The position numbers were made by a program, and so were the translations under genes. This document shows positions 1 through 10,455 of a stretch of 64,000 nt of DNA, in pieces. Origin of the DNA: a virus. The first letter of the stretch is position 1; every line of letters starts with the position of its first letter. The stretch lies in the IMG/VR virus record IMGVR_UViG_3300049491_000716, positions 1-64,000 of that record; one strand, written 5' to 3'. Below the pieces are notes generated by a model, which saw only the letters and a program-made list of their open reading frames with translations, was not told the DNA's origin and made no database searches.

Positions 1-545
1 CGTCTTCACCATTCGAGGCAAGCCCCCCCCCTTTCGACCTGGCACCCGGGTGGCGCGCGGCGCAGCCGCCTGGAAATGCGAACCCGCGCCGCGGCTTAGG
101 TCAACTCACGGGGCGGGCGCCAGTGCCGTGCGGCTTACTTGAGAGTTGATCGAACCGGCATCGCGCCGCTCGATTGAATCGATCGGATTGCCTGATAGAA
201 AAAACCGGCCCGCAGTGGCGCGCGCAGAGGAGGGATGCGACTAGCGCGCGGGCTGCGCCTGGCCGACTGCATCGGGCATGCCGACCGTCGGGCCGAAAGA
301 CTGGCGCCGGGCCTTAGCTGGCATGCGCTTTATATAGAGGGGGTCTGTCATCGGGCGCCGATCGGGCCCGGGTCTGTCATCCGGTTGACTGGTGCCACGC
401 TATCGACGCAAGGGCCGATCTATGGGGGCATCAATCCGCAGAATGGCAGAAATGTACACCATGTGTCCCGCGGCTTATTCAAGTTTGAATCAGATGCGCG
501 CGATCATCATTCCAAAATGTTGTGAATTCTTGGCTATCTTTTGTC

Positions 546-574
546 TTGACCTTCACAACATTTTTGCCGATAGT
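546..574 (+). promoter_or_regulatory. Putative sigma70 promoter for the small plus-strand ORFs, overlapped by a 13-bp inverted repeat
   Basis: TTGACC(546-551)-17 bp-GATAGT(569-574); AAAATGTTGTGAA 514-526 / TTCACAACATTTT 552-564. Confidence 0.45.
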
Positions 575-875
575 CTAGTCATGCGCTGCACCTGGCGCAC
601 CTGACCTAGCAGACCTAGGCACGATCAAGCCCCGAGGGGCTAAGCATCAAGGATTGAACATCATGGCCCGTGCTACTCGCTCTGAATTCTCGGCATCGCT
701 TGAACTGCAAGCCCTGCCGCGCGCTGGCGCCGATTGGCGCGCGCCCGCCCCGGTTCGTGCAAACCGCACCCAGCGGCAAGCCGCATCCGTGCATGCGCTG
801 GCCATCATGGGCACACTGGGTGCCATCCGCGCCGCGGCTCGGTTCATCGGTCTTTCCTAACTCTAGGGGAACACC

Positions 876-1061
876 ATGACATTCAAGAATGCTGCGCGCA
901 CCTTTGCCCTGTTTCTTGTGCTGTTCGCACTGGTGCAGGGTTTCGCAGTCACCATGCATGCAGCCGCTCGATTCAAGCCCGTGGACTGCGCGGCGCCGGA
1001 ATCGGCGTGCACCTCGGCGCGGGAATGCGAGGCACTTTATAGCGGGCCCTGCGCCCGGTGA
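876..1061 (+). CDS. Small membrane/secreted Cys-rich hypothetical protein
   Basis: AGGGGA RBS, hydrophobic N-terminus, 4 Cys. Confidence 0.5.
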   Translation: MTFKNAARTFALFLVLFALVQGFAVTMHAAARFKPVDCAAPESACTSARECEALYSGPCAR

Positions 1062-1162
1062 GCATTTCGATGGACCCGATCATTCAACGCCTGAAGCTGA
1101 TCGAGAGCTTCGCCGCCGGCGAGGTCTGAACCCCTACCCCGCAATTTCAACGAAAGCACACC

Positions 1163-1315
1163 ATGGCATCCAAGGTCTACCACGTGATGACCCCAGACGA
1201 GCTGCGCAAGTTCTGCGTAAAGCGCCTGCCAGCGCTGCATGTTGACTTGGTGGCCAACTTGACGCCGACCGAGTTCGTGAGGCTGATCGAGGCGGCCGAG
1301 GCCGTCGAGTTGTGA
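1163..1315 (+). CDS. 50-aa hypothetical protein (MASKVYHV...AVEL)
   Basis: Manual translation; GAAAG upstream; phage-like codon usage. Confidence 0.45.
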   Translation: MASKVYHVMTPDELRKFCVKRLPALHVDLVANLTPTEFVRLIEAAEAVEL

Positions 1316-1341
1316 ACGACTGGACTTCGTCTCCGACGATC

Positions 1342-1762
1342 GTTTCCCGCGGTGGGCTGTAGCCAGCGAGCGCATAGACGAAGTATTTGATCCCTGACTT
1401 GGCGGATGCCCCCGTGATGATGGCGGCCTGCTGAACGATCTTCTCGTATCGCTTGCCCAGCTTGCCTGCTGCGTTGGCCGCTGCGATGGCGTTGCAAATG
1501 TCATCATCAGTGCGGCTTCAAAGCCCTTCACAAGCGACGGCGGTTGTTCGGCCCCTCCGCTACCCCATTGAAAACTAAGGGGATTTTCAAGTTTCTTCAC
1601 TGTTTCGGCCCCGACGAAATCGGCCATGGCCTGGCTACTGGTGAATCGAGCAAAGACGTTGCCGCGCGGCGAAATCCCAAGAGCGCGCGCCATGCCCGAT
1701 TGACTGACAACCGCCGTTTTCCCGGGGTCGTTCAAAACGTAGCACTCAACATCGACACCAAG
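1342..1762 (-). pseudogene. P63C-domain protein fragment, truncated and frameshifted
   Basis: GVDVECYVLND..AVVSQSGMARALG, then frameshift to DICNAI..QAAIITGASAKSGIKYFVYALAGY. Confidence 0.7.
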
Positions 1763-1872
1763 GTGCTCTTGCAACTCACCACCGATGGCATGCACGGCTA
1801 CCCCAACGCGGTCGCAAAGCACTTCGGCGAGAACGTGGACTACGGCGTGCTGAACAAGACCTATGCGGCTGG
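1763..1872 (+). pseudogene. IS1-family DDE transposase fragment
   Basis: QLTTDGxxGYxxAVxxxFGxxVDYxxLxKxY motif with no start or end. Confidence 0.6.
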
Positions 1873-1878
1873 CCCTGC

Positions 1879-1947
1879 CTTGTACGGGGACTTCTTCAGA
1901 CTCCCGTAGTAAAGATTGAAGCCATCGATGTAGACGATGGTCTTCAT
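1879..1947 (-). pseudogene. NYN/LabA-like (PIN fold) protein, N-terminal 23 codons only
   Basis: MKTIVYIDGFNLYYGSLKKSPYK. Confidence 0.7.
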
Positions 1948-2155
1948 TCTTTGATCCCGCAAAAAGCTAGGGCTCCATAAAGGAGCCCCGGCACCGCACG
2001 GACGAAGCCTTGCGGGAAGTAGTGAAACGGAGTATGCGGCTTCTTCTTGTGCATATCAACCCTTGTTGCAACTTTGCGACTGGAGATTGTGCGGAAAAGA
2101 TCGCTTTGGTAGGGGTAATATTGCCCGACCGACGGTCCATTCGCTAAGATCAGGG

Positions 2156-2239
2156 TGCACCCGACGGGGCTTGAACCCGTACGCTTCCTAGGGCTTCGGT
2201 TTTAAAGACCGCTGTGTCTACCAGTTCCACCACGGATGC
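2156..2239 (-). tRNA. tRNA with Leu-type body and UUA anticodon (putative ochre suppressor); CCA not encoded
   Basis: Acceptor GCATCCG/CGGGTGC + A73; D arm GTGGAACTGGTAGACAC; anticodon arm GCGGT-CTTTAAA-ACCGA; long variable arm; T arm ACGGG-TTCAAGC-CCCGT. Confidence 0.9.
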
Positions 2240-2271
2240 TTTGAACGGTGCTCACCGACGGCCTCTGACTC

Positions 2272-2877
2272 GTGTTCTTCCAAGGGGCACAGCGAGTCAG
2301 AGGCCTTTCTCATTCAGCCCCGGGTACGGCAAGCAGATCGCCGGGGCAGCAACTCTCTAAGGCCATCATGCACGCGGCGTTTCGGCCCGCGCTTTTTGCG
2401 GAGCTTCGCAAGGAGTATGGAGACAACCCCCCGAAGTCTGATGACTTCCTGCGGGCTTTCCTCCTAAAGCGGGGCTTCTTACTCAGCGTAGTAGACGTGC
2501 CGATCAAGACTTACCGCGATACAATGCTTATGGTCGAGGAGGCCCAGGCGGTTCTGGGTCAGGAGGCAGTCGCGTTGGAGACGACGCGAGCACTCGAAAT
2601 CGACGAAGACGAGGAATCGATAGTGAATCAGGTTTCGATCGCCGCTCCGGCGGCGCAGGCTCACAGCGTTGTCGTGGCGCAGCCGCCGGCTGCGCTCACA
2701 TCACCAGTCGCGCCAGACTATCTCGACGACGTGTACAAGCTCGGCGATGGGCGCGCGTTCATCCTGCGTTGGCCCGCGTCGCTGACCCAGGACGAGTTTG
2801 ACGAGTTCAGCGACTGGATCGCTTTGCTTCAGCGGAAGATGAAGCGGGCGATACCCAAATCCGATCCGATTCAGTAA
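2272..2877 (+). CDS. Hypothetical protein, probably N-terminally truncated accessory gene
   Basis: Protein-like from about residue 28; followed by a terminator; no good RBS. Confidence 0.55.
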   Translation: MFFQGAQRVRGLSHSAPGTASRSPGQQLSKAIMHAAFRPALFAELRKEYGDNPPKSDDFLRAFLLKRGFLLSVVDVPIKTYRDTMLMVEEAQAVLGQEAVALETTRALEIDEDEESIVNQVSIAAPAAQAHSVVVAQPPAALTSPVAPDYLDDVYKLGDGRAFILRWPASLTQDEFDEFSDWIALLQRKMKRAIPKSDPIQ

Positions 2878-2886
2878 ACCGATAGT

Positions 2887-2914
2887 GAAGCCCGCCTAGA
2901 GCGGGCTTTCTTTC
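2887..2914 (+). terminator. Intrinsic terminator (possibly also tR' on the minus strand)
   Basis: GAAGCCCGC-CTAGA-GCGGGCTTTCTTTC. Confidence 0.75.
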
Positions 2915-2982
2915 GTCTGCGATCTACCGGCTTGTCCCCGCCAGTCTAATGCGCTGGGTTTGCTTTGTACATACTTCCGAAA

Positions 2983-3011
2983 ACTTTACACCGCAAACTT
3001 CGGCTGCACAA
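2983..3011 (-). promoter_or_regulatory. Putative late promoter (pR'-like)
   Basis: TTGTGC-17 bp-TAAAGT immediately downstream of the Q-like gene. Confidence 0.6.
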
Positions 3012-3031
3012 CAAAAACGTGGACGAGTGGT

Positions 3032-3673
3032 TTAGGCGTCGTTCGGGTCCAAGATCAATCCGGCGCGGATGAACACATCTTCCATCTTGTTTTGAGCCAC
3101 GGTCTCGGTGCCGCCGCACACCTTGCGAAGCAACTGCTGGTCTCGATGTAGGGTGCTCTTGCTGCAGCCGTAGCTCTTTTCGATGGCCCGCAGTGACCAC
3201 TCGGATTCGCGCTTGCTGCGGCGCAGGTTGAAGGCTCTGGCGCCCTCGTCAGGACGCTGGCGCACGCCTGGCGCGTAGATGCCCCACAGCAGGGCTTTGA
3301 TCGCGCTCTGGTTGCCCGTCGTGCAGAGCGACCCGTAGTGCTGAGCCAACTCATGCACGCCGTTGCCGCGCGTCGTCTGATGGCCGAAGCGGGCGTGAAT
3401 TGCAGCTCGCTCAACACCCTTCAAGTGTCCCTCGACTTGCGCGCGGATCATGGCGCTCTGAGCCCGCAGTTCGATCGGCTTCAGGTCGCCGCGGTTGACG
3501 CGCGGGTCTCTGGGCGCAGCGTCGGCTGCCTTGCCGTAGCGCTGCTCCATCAAGTCTTCGATCAGGCTTTGAGTTGAGCCTCGTACCGACATGGAAGTGA
3601 ACTCCATGCCGAAAGCCGTGACCAAGGCTTCGCCTACCGTTGAGAACAGAGGATCTGAGTTGGCTGTGGTCAT
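3032..3673 (-). CDS. Putative late antiterminator/activator (Q-like position)
   Basis: Last gene of the Cro operon; FSTVGEALVTAF N-terminus; C-terminal HTH-like SLRAIEKSYGCSKSTLHR. Confidence 0.65.
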   Translation of the reverse strand: MTTANSDPLFSTVGEALVTAFGMEFTSMSVRGSTQSLIEDLMEQRYGKAADAAPRDPRVNRGDLKPIELRAQSAMIRAQVEGHLKGVERAAIHARFGHQTTRGNGVHELAQHYGSLCTTGNQSAIKALLWGIYAPGVRQRPDEGARAFNLRRSKRESEWSLRAIEKSYGCSKSTLHRDQQLLRKVCGGTETVAQNKMEDVFIRAGLILDPNDA

Positions 3674-4251
3674 GGCGCCCCTTTGATGACACGGAAAGAA
3701 AGCACCCATACCCATGAGTCAGCGCCATCAGCCATGTTCGGGAACGGGCAACCTTCGGCCGTGGCATCGCCTCGGCTGATGTCGTTCAGGCGCTCCACGC
3801 GGACTTCGGTGATCTCGAGCGTGATGCGGCTGGCCCATCTCGGCATGAAGATTGACGGCCGCCACTTGTAGGCCGGTTCGTCCGGCCGAGGTGTCGCTGC
3901 GTACTCAATCCAACCGACGTCAGGCGTTGGGTTATTGCAGATGCGCCGCGCTCGGTCGTTGCCACTAACAACCTGCCAAGTCTCGCGGACCCATAGGCGG
4001 TCTCCGCGTGTGCCGTATGGGCAACACTTTCTCGCTTCATCAGACCCAATGTCATACACGCCAAGCGCTGACTTGCCGTTGTACGTGCCGCCGTCAGTCA
4101 AAAGCGTCGCGCCGCTCGGGTAGCGCGGGTCATCTTCAATTCCTATGATGGGCCCGCGTTCTGTGTTCACGGTGCGGCGCGTTTGAGTTTTAGCGCCAGA
4201 CAGAATCGCACGCACCATTTCGGCCTTGAACAGGATTGGGCGCTCCTTCAT
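3670..4251 (-). CDS. ASCH-like phage protein (apparent internal deletion near C-terminus)
   Basis: MKERPILF..MVRAIL.G.KTQTRR, GDRLWVRET, WRPSIFMPRWASRI, WVWV motifs. Confidence 0.85.
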   Translation of the reverse strand: MKERPILFKAEMVRAILSGAKTQTRRTVNTERGPIIGIEDDPRYPSGATLLTDGGTYNGKSALGVYDIGSDEARKCCPYGTRGDRLWVRETWQVVSGNDRARRICNNPTPDVGWIEYAATPRPDEPAYKWRPSIFMPRWASRITLEITEVRVERLNDISRGDATAEGCPFPNMADGADSWVWVLSFRVIKGAP

Positions 4252-5985
4252 TTCGTCTTCTCCTTCGCGGCCTTGGCCGCCGACATCCACTTCCACACCA
4301 GCGCTCTGCCGGCCTTGTAGTCCTTCGGGAAGGCGACATGAATGGCGGCCACCAATGCCTCGGCATCACCCTTGCTGGCAGCATAAGCACCAGGTCCGAA
4401 AGCCAGGCGCCGAGCCACGCAGCTATCGCAGGACTCGATGTAGACGCCGCTGCAGGCCATGCGCGTCTGCGCGGCTTCACAGGCTAGGCAGGTCATCATG
4501 CCGGCCCGACAAACCATTCAGCGTCAAGCCATTTCTCGCCGCCGCCGTTCAGAACCACCTTGATCATGATGCCGCTTTGTGATGGCTGCTCACGCTTCAC
4601 CGCCATCACTTCAACCTCTGCCGGCAAACGGTTCCATTCGCGCTCCGTCCGGTTCCAAAGCGGTGATGGGACCAATGCGTCGCCACGCTTCACGGTCTTC
4701 ATCCAGGCCTTAGACGTTCGCACAAGCCGCCTCCGATTCACTGATCGGAGCGGCTTTGATCAACTCGGTATCGCTGTTGTCAGCCACTTCGTTGAAGACC
4801 ACCATTGTTGGCGTCGAACACGTCTTGGCGTCGTAGATATCCCAGTCGATGTCTCCCTTGCGGGCGTCAAGTCTCATGGGGCTTTCCTTTCTCGGCGAGT
4901 AGAAGCGCAACCAGTGCGATCTGCTGAGGGCTGGCGCAGCAGATTGGTTCGCCGGCTGGCGCCACCATGATCCAGTGTCCATCTGGAGCGGCTGCGCGCA
5001 ACACGCGCATGGCCTCGGCGACAAGCGCTTCGCCGGCCTGCGTGGAATTCGCTTGAATCGTTTCGGCTGGCTTTTGCGACTTCCAATTGGTCTTGAAGAT
5101 GCCGATGCCAGCCAACGCCACGGCCATCCAGAACAGGGTTTTGATCGTGCTGGAATCCATGATCAAGCACCAACCACTCTGACATCGCTGCCAGCATTTC
5201 TGCTCTCGGCAATCTTCAAGATGACCCGGCTGCCGGCGCTCTTAATGGTGTCGCGCGCCAGCCGGCCAAGGCACTCGTCGTAGGTGCACACCAAGGTGAT
5301 GAGTGCGGCCTCAGCGGCGCGGTTCATGCGCATCGGCGCCGGCGGGCAGTCAATGGCCTCCACCAAGCCGTCGATCGCCTTGTTGATCATCGGCGTGTAG
5401 GTCTTGCCGTCGAGTTTTCCTGCATGCACCAGGGCTTCCGTCATGTTCAGGGCGTCCGCGCAATCCGCCCACTCTTCACGGCGGCCGCGCCCGACTCTCA
5501 TCTCCCACAGCGCAGTGTGGATGCGAAGCGCGACACGCATGTGATCGGCGGCGGCAAGTGGCTGGGTACTCAGGCTCATGGGGCAATGCTCACGACACGA
5601 AACTTCCATTGGCCGAGGGTGATGATCTCACCCACAGTGATTGCAAACAAGTCACCCGGCTTGTCAATGACTACGGTGAAGCGGTGCCACTTTCCGCGGC
5701 CGCGCGGGGTGACCACCAGAGTCATTTTTGGGGCGCCTTCCAGTCCAACACAACCGGAGGCGGCGGTGGCGCCTTAGCCACACGCGGCCCGCGCTTTGCC
5801 TTGCGATCGGCAACCTCTTCAGGCGTCAGGCATGGCGCGCAAGCCAATGTTCCGTTCTTGAGATGACGGCGGCCGCCGACGTCCTTCGCTTTGCCGCATC
5901 GGCTGCACATGAAGGTCATGCCCATGCCGATGCCGGCCTGCAGCCATGTGGTTTCTCGCGCGTTGCCACGGCCGGTTTCGCTCAT
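4248..5985 (-). CDS. Run of small coupled nin-like hypothetical genes (4248-4499, 4496-4741, 4867-5166, 5163-5579, 5576-5725, 5722-5985)
   Basis: 4-nt stop/start overlaps; CxxC pairs in 4248 and 5722 products. Confidence 0.65.
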
Positions 5986-6227
5986 GTCTTCCACTCCAAA
6001 ACATCCACATAGGCGCTGGCCACGATATAGCCACGCGATTTACCACGGCGCTTGACGACGACGAGTTTTTGTTCAAGCGCCTTCAGATGATCGGCGGCGG
6101 CATTTGCGCTGTGATAGCCAAACTTCTCAGCGATCTCGGCACACGTTGGATTGCACTGCGCCGCTAAACGGAAAGCGTTGATGAAACACAGAACCGTGTA
6201 TTGAGTATCGGTGAGGCTCTCAATCAT
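5982..6227 (-). CDS. Stand-alone LexA-type DNA-binding domain protein
   Basis: LTDTQYTVL.FI....PT.AEIAEKFGYHSANAAADHLKALEQK. Confidence 0.85.
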   Translation of the reverse strand: MIESLTDTQYTVLCFINAFRLAAQCNPTCAEIAEKFGYHSANAAADHLKALEQKLVVVKRRGKSRGYIVASAYVDVLEWKT

Positions 6228-6914
6228 CTTGGCCCCTTTGCCTGCAGCGCGCGCCGCGCGTTCCATGCAGCCTGCACGTCGGCCGGCACTTCGTATTCCA
6301 TCTGAGTCCAGAACTTGCGCTTCACCTCACGGGCCGTCAACAGGCCGCGGTCAATCAGCGGCTTCACCTGCTCGGGGAATGGCCGGTAACGGATCCTGTG
6401 GCCGATCGCATCGTTCCAGCCACCATGAGTCAGCAGTTGTTGCTGGAGTACCGTGAGGCCGTTGAAGTCGTAGGTCATGGCTGCCACACTATGTAGGTCT
6501 CGGTATTAGCACTTTCGCCCCTGTCGCTGGCCAGCAGAAGCATCGCTGCCTCGGTCCTGATCTTCATGTCCCAGCATGCCATCTTCGCGAAGCCATGCAT
6601 GGCGGCGATGGGCAGCGCAGCTCGGGCAGCCATGTAGGTGGCCTGCGCGCGGCGCTGCACGTCAATCGCGTAGGCATGCCAGTCGGATGCATCAGCGAGG
6701 TTCACCACTGGCTCTCCGGTGCCACCACGTGCATGCTACGAGGCAGCATTTCACTTCGAATTGAGACGCGCAGCGCGCAATACTTGATGCGTGGGTCATC
6801 TTGTTGAACCAAGATGCACGGAGGCGATGCTCGCCAAAACCGCGGCGGCAGCGGCGCCTCTGGATGCATGCACAACTTGGCATGGCAATACTGACAATTG
6901 ACGTTGGCGGTCAT
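6224..6914 (-). CDS. Three small hypothetical genes (6224-6478, 6475-6708, 6702-6914)
   Basis: Overlapping coupled ORFs in operon direction. Confidence 0.55.
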
Positions 6915-6916
6915 TC

Positions 6917-7420
6917 TTAACCCCCGGATTGAAACAAGTCAGCGGGCTCAAAGGCGGGCGACGCCGCAGCGAGTTGGCGCGGAATCGGTGTGACCGTGAC
7001 GATCAGCCTGGCTTCACCGTCGGGGACCATGCGGCGCAGCAGGATGCCGCGGAACATGCTGTCGTCGGTGATGAGGATTCCGTTCATCGCATCCGAAAGC
7101 ACCTTTTCTACATTCCCGAGGTCAATGGCCTGCACGGTGTCATCCCAGCAGTCTGGATCCAGGCGCTGCCGCTTCTTCCAATCAAGCGGGAGCTTCGGGT
7201 ACATGTCCACGGTCAGTGCCACACGGCCCTTGATGGGTTCCGTCACTCCGTACTGCCTGGCAATCCACGCAACCTCTTCCTTGTAGGCTTTCGCCTCAGG
7301 CGTCACGTAGGTCATTGCCATCCACTTGCCGGTGGCCTTGACCTTCACGACACGGTGAGCCCAATAGCGGTTTGCTGAAACTGCCATGGGCAACTTCATC
7401 ACGATCGGCTGCGCCGTCAC
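6917..7420 (-). CDS. rusA: RusA-family Holliday junction resolvase
   Basis: SANRYW, DLGNVEKVLSDAMNGILITDDS. Confidence 0.9.
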   Translation of the reverse strand: MTAQPIVMKLPMAVSANRYWAHRVVKVKATGKWMAMTYVTPEAKAYKEEVAWIARQYGVTEPIKGRVALTVDMYPKLPLDWKKRQRLDPDCWDDTVQAIDLGNVEKVLSDAMNGILITDDSMFRGILLRRMVPDGEARLIVTVTPIPRQLAAASPAFEPADLFQSGG

Positions 7421-8533
7421 CACCACAGCCTCCCGTGGCCGAACGCCCAAATGAAGTACAGCACGGCCGGCATGACGATCCACCAGCCAACCCACTCGAA
7501 CACCGTGATGACGCCGATGAAGCCAAGCACGAAGCCCACGGCAATCAGGAAGATCACAAAGAACGGAGACGGAACTTCGTAGAGGTCACGGCGTTTCACG
7601 GCATCACCTTATTCAAAAACCGCTTCAGTTTCACGGCCTCTTCTGGGCCAAAGCGAATGACCTGGTCCTGCTGCAAAACGATGAGTTCACCGTTGCTGTA
7701 GAAGCCGTAGATGGGCTCCGGTGGTTCCTCATCTCTGAGTTCGTCTTGGAGTTCGTCGTCGGGCTGCGCGTGAAGCAGGCGGTTGACAATCTCGTCGTGC
7801 TCGGCATCTTCTTCAAGCGTTGGTTCGTTTGCCTTCAGGGGCAGGAACTGCGGGATCTGTTCGATGCCTGCCGCTGCGCCCGTAGTCGTGTTCTCAGTTG
7901 TCAACGATGGCTTGACAACTGCCGGCGTCACGCCATCCGGCATGAGGCCGCGAAGCCAGCCGGCGCCGCTGCGCTCACCTGCTGCGGCGGAGTTCTCGAG
8001 TCGGTAGAACATCTGATCGCCGCGGCTGACCCGCCGCACAAGGTTTGCCTTCACCGGCATTGCCATGGCGCCGTGCAGCACGCTGCGGTCAATGTCTAGG
8101 GAATCGGCAAGTTCGAACTCTTCGACCTCACCCAAGCCAGTCAAGTGCGCAATGGCTCGCTCAGCGTGGCTGCCAGGCCGCGGCACGTAACGAGGCATGG
8201 TCACAGCGAAGCCCCCAACTCAAAGACGGAACGAACAGGCTTGAGGCCATCGAAGTAGCTGTCAACGTTTTTTGGCCGCTGGGGGTGCGGCCTCACCTGC
8301 TTGTCAATCGGGTAAAAACGCGACCGGATCACGCGGCCCGAGAAGGTTTCCTCAAAGAACTTCTCGCGGCGATACCATCCGGCCGCCATCCCAGAGTTCA
8401 TCAACTTGCTTGCCGGCGAGTTGCCGGGTGGTGCGCCGAACTTTTGCTCGGCTTCCTCGGCTGTCATGCCCACGTTTGCGGCCAAACAGTGGGCATGGAC
8501 CGCCGCGCTCCACTTGCCCAACCCGTTTCTCAT
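7417..8533 (-). CDS. Three hypothetical genes: 2-TM protein (7417-7599), 7596-8204, 8201-8533
   Basis: Coupled ORFs. Confidence 0.6.
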
Positions 8534-8676
8534 GCTTTCTCCTGTTTTTGTTGGCTGAAGTTTTGTTCAAAGGCCCGCCAGTGCATTGTGTTGACTTCGG
8601 CTCCTTTGAAGCGGAAGTATGTACTTGACGCCACACAACAAAAGCGCGATGATTCATCCATTCCAGGAGAAACATC

Positions 8677-9597
8677 GTGGCTGCAATCGACCAGAAGCAC
8701 TTTCAAGACGAAGCTGAAGCCTTCGCCTACCTCGAATCTGTGTGCTGGCCGGAAGGCCCCGTTTGCCCGCACTGCGGCACGATCAACACCGCCTACGGTC
8801 TGACCTCGCGCCTGGGTCTGTACCGCTGTGGCGAGAAGGAATGCCGCAAGGACTTCACGGTCCGCGTCGGCACCGTGTTTGAAGACAGCCCCATCAAGTT
8901 GCACAAGTGGCTGCTTGCCGCCTACCTCGTCTGCGCATCGAAGAAGGGCATCAGCGCGAAGCAGTTGGAGCGCATGCTCGGCGTCAGCTACAAAACGGCG
9001 TGGTTCATGGCCCATCGCCTGCGTGAGGCCATGAACACCGACACCGACAAAAAGCTCGGCGGCGACTTTGGCATGGTCGAAGTTGACGAAACCTATTGGG
9101 GCAACGCCGGCAAGCAAAAGCCGGGCGCTCGCGGCGGCGACCATAAGATGAAGATCGTTTCCCTCGTTGACCGCAAGACCGGTCAGAAGCGTTCTGTCCA
9201 CGTCGCCGACGTGACGGCCGACACGTTGAAGCCGGTGCTGCAAAAGCACCTTGACGCGGCCACCACGCTGATGACCGACGAGGCCGCCGTTTACAGGAAA
9301 GTCGCGCCGTCCTTCGGTGACCACGAAACCGTCAACCACAGCGCCAACGAGTACGTGAACCGCATCCGTCCGTGGGTGACGACGAACACGGTTGAATCGT
9401 CGTTTGCGCTGCTGAAGCGTGGCCTGCACGGCACCTTCCACAGCGTCAGTGAACAGCACCTTCAGCGCTACGCGACCGAGTTCGACTTCCGTTGGAACAA
9501 CCGGATCAAGCTCGGCGTTGACGACGCGCAGCGCACGCGCAACCTGCTCGCCAGCATTCGCGGCAAGCGCCTCACCTATCGGCGGCTTGACTCGTAA
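8677..9597 (+). CDS. IS1595-family transposase
   Basis: WP.GP.CPHCG Zn ribbon, LGVSYKTAW HTH, VEVDETY, LMTDE, TNTVE, EFDFRWN. Confidence 0.97.
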   Translation: MAAIDQKHFQDEAEAFAYLESVCWPEGPVCPHCGTINTAYGLTSRLGLYRCGEKECRKDFTVRVGTVFEDSPIKLHKWLLAAYLVCASKKGISAKQLERMLGVSYKTAWFMAHRLREAMNTDTDKKLGGDFGMVEVDETYWGNAGKQKPGARGGDHKMKIVSLVDRKTGQKRSVHVADVTADTLKPVLQKHLDAATTLMTDEAAVYRKVAPSFGDHETVNHSANEYVNRIRPWVTTNTVESSFALLKRGLHGTFHSVSEQHLQRYATEFDFRWNNRIKLGVDDAQRTRNLLASIRGKRLTYRRLDS

Positions 9598-9610
9598 GCA
9601 GGGGCGATAA

Positions 9611-10441
9611 GTGGCGCGCTGGGTACTCCCTTCGGCTTTGGTTCTTGGCATCTCCATTGCAGCGTTCCTATCGGTGTCCAGTTGGGCCAATGGTGAATGC
9701 CAAAGACCACACGCTAGTTCCGAGGCAAACGTAGGTGGCGAGAAGCCACCAAGCAGCCTTGCATCCCCCCCAAAGACTCCCATCGGCGACAGCCTCAAGC
9801 GCATAGCTGAAGCGCAAGAGGCTATAGCTGCTGCCAGCAAGCCCAGCGACGAAAAGGAGCGCGACCAGAGAGACCTTGAGGCGCAACAGGAGATGGCTTG
9901 TTGGGCTCGGTGGATGTTCTACGCCACCGCATTTGGCGCGCTCGTTGCCGTTGTCGGGACCGGGTTGCTGTTGGCAACCCTCAGGCATGCCCGTAGCAGT
10001 GCCGAGACGCAACTGCGGGCCTATGTCAACGTCTTTGACGTTCGCGCTAAGTGGCTTGCCGAACCGGATGATGTGATCATGAAGAACGTTCAAGTTCAAG
10101 TTCACTTCAAGAACACGGGCCAAACCCCGGCTTATGCCGTTACCTGTTGGATGCGGTTCGACAGCAAGCCTCGTGATGCCATGGTCTTTGACCTTGAAAC
10201 TCCGCACATTTCTGCAACTGGAGTTCAAGGTCCAGGCGCAATCAACCATCTTGAAGAGATGAAGCAGGTTGATTGCGCTACTGGCGTTGTGGCCGCTTGG
10301 AAAGCCGGAACGCAGTCGCTTTTCGTGTACGGAACAATCAACTACTCTGACGCATTTGATAGCGGCGAAGTTATTGGACACGACGGGACCAAGTACAGGA
10401 CCGGTAAGTTTGAAGCCCACAAAGGCGGTTACTCCACATAG
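9611..10441 (+). CDS. IS passenger membrane protein, unknown function
   Basis: Signal/TM, DLEAQQEMA.WA + TM helix, QLRAYV, KNTGQTPA. Confidence 0.75.
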   Translation: MARWVLPSALVLGISIAAFLSVSSWANGECQRPHASSEANVGGEKPPSSLASPPKTPIGDSLKRIAEAQEAIAAASKPSDEKERDQRDLEAQQEMACWARWMFYATAFGALVAVVGTGLLLATLRHARSSAETQLRAYVNVFDVRAKWLAEPDDVIMKNVQVQVHFKNTGQTPAYAVTCWMRFDSKPRDAMVFDLETPHISATGVQGPGAINHLEEMKQVDCATGVVAAWKAGTQSLFVYGTINYSDAFDSGEVIGHDGTKYRTGKFEAHKGGYST

Positions 10442-10455
10442 CGCAAGGAGCAGCA

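Noticed and set aside
2156-2239. Reading the tRNA as ordinary tRNA-Leu(TAA)
   Set aside because: Centering TAA in the loop breaks the anticodon stem
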